A DNA stretch of 48,255 nt from Octopus sinensis (taxonomy: Eukaryota). Under the pieces are notes generated by a model. It ran no database searches and was not told where the DNA came from. It worked only from the letters and a program-made list of their open reading frames with translations. The stretch spans positions 1 to 48,255 of the forward strand of contig NW_021834625.1 in the NCBI RefSeq assembly GCF_006345805.1. Reading direction: 5' to 3'. Position 1 is the first letter of the stretch. Each line of letters opens with the position of its first letter. A program made the position numbers and the translations under genes. Below are positions 47,517 to 48,255 of the stretch, piece by piece.

Positions 47517-48255
47517 ACATTTCAAATACATACGTGTACAAGTATATATACATACGTACATGCATAAATATATTTATACATACAAACATACATATATTCA
47601 TACGAACATATATACACACTTACATGCATATATATATATATCCATACATACGTACATAGTTGTATTTAGGCAGGATAACCTTTCTTTCATGTATTTTGAC
47701 CAGCTGGCAACCTTTTCTATTTAGTAAACCAATCGGAACAATCTAGAATACACAGGAATTCCAAAAGGGAGTCAACACATCAAAGTGGAGTCATTCATTT
47801 CAAAGTATTCTTTCGACAAGGTGTGGGTGTGGCTTAATCGACATTTAGACGTTGCCCCCTCGAGTAGTCTTTCAGCCAGACACACGCACCACTCCCGTCC
47901 CCATGCTGTAACTCCACGCACACGCACACACACGCACATACATATTCACAAACACACACAGAGGCACGCTCACTTGCACATATATACATATACATATTTA
48001 TATATGTATATGTGTATATATATATATATATATTGTGTGTATATATGTATATATATATGTATATATATTATATATATATATATATTAAATATTTGTATGT
48101 TTATATATATATAATACTTTTCTTTTGTATAATATATATATATATATATATATACATGCATATGCATATTTATATACATATATGTATATATGTATACATG
48201 CGTATATATGTATGTATATATATATATATTATATATATATATATATATATATTAT
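46845..48255. repeat. (TA)n/(GT)n/(CA)n microsatellite field
   Basis: Directly visible; short unique spacers at about 47105-47235 and 47660-47915. Confidence 0.9.

Noticed and set aside
498-48179. Dozens of ORFs rich in YI, HT, CV, RE/LS, poly-L/K/I/M
   Set aside because: They are translations of (TA)n, (CA)n, (GA)n and trinucleotide microsatellites, which lack stops in some frames; no coding evidence.

Overview
AT-rich, repeat-saturated eukaryotic non-coding DNA (intergenic or a large intron). No intact protein-coding gene is supported, and nearly all ORF-track entries are microsatellite or SINE read-throughs. The repeat repertoire (tRNA-derived SINEs with a TCG/Arg anticodon arm, a SINE with an internal (TA)n tract, huge (TA)n/(CA)n/(AAT)n tracts) suggests an octopus/coleoid cephalopod genome (inference). 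Supported content: more than 30 SINE copies from several modular families; three dead Tc1/mariner transposons (DD37D maT-like, an internally deleted mariner, and a full-length Tc1-type element with DD36E spacing); two non-autonomous Helitrons and a Helentron-type element; remnants of a Penelope-like element (PLE; RT C-terminus plus GIY-YIG), an RTE LINE and a probable L1/Tx1 ORF1; and a ~294-bp inverted templated insertion inside a SINE. The most interesting signal is a set of short, often fold-back elements, mostly embedded in (TA)n tracts, several of which carry minimal type I hammerhead-ribozyme (HHR) motifs with palindromic stem III (canonical CUGAUGA/GAAA cores at 6669 and 8618; variant cores at about 2841, 3814, 18530 and 43575). 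They look like non-autonomous PLE pseudo-LTR derivatives, and a PLE ORF remnant lies in the same window. All alignments and translations were done by eye; boundaries of degenerate repeats are approximate.
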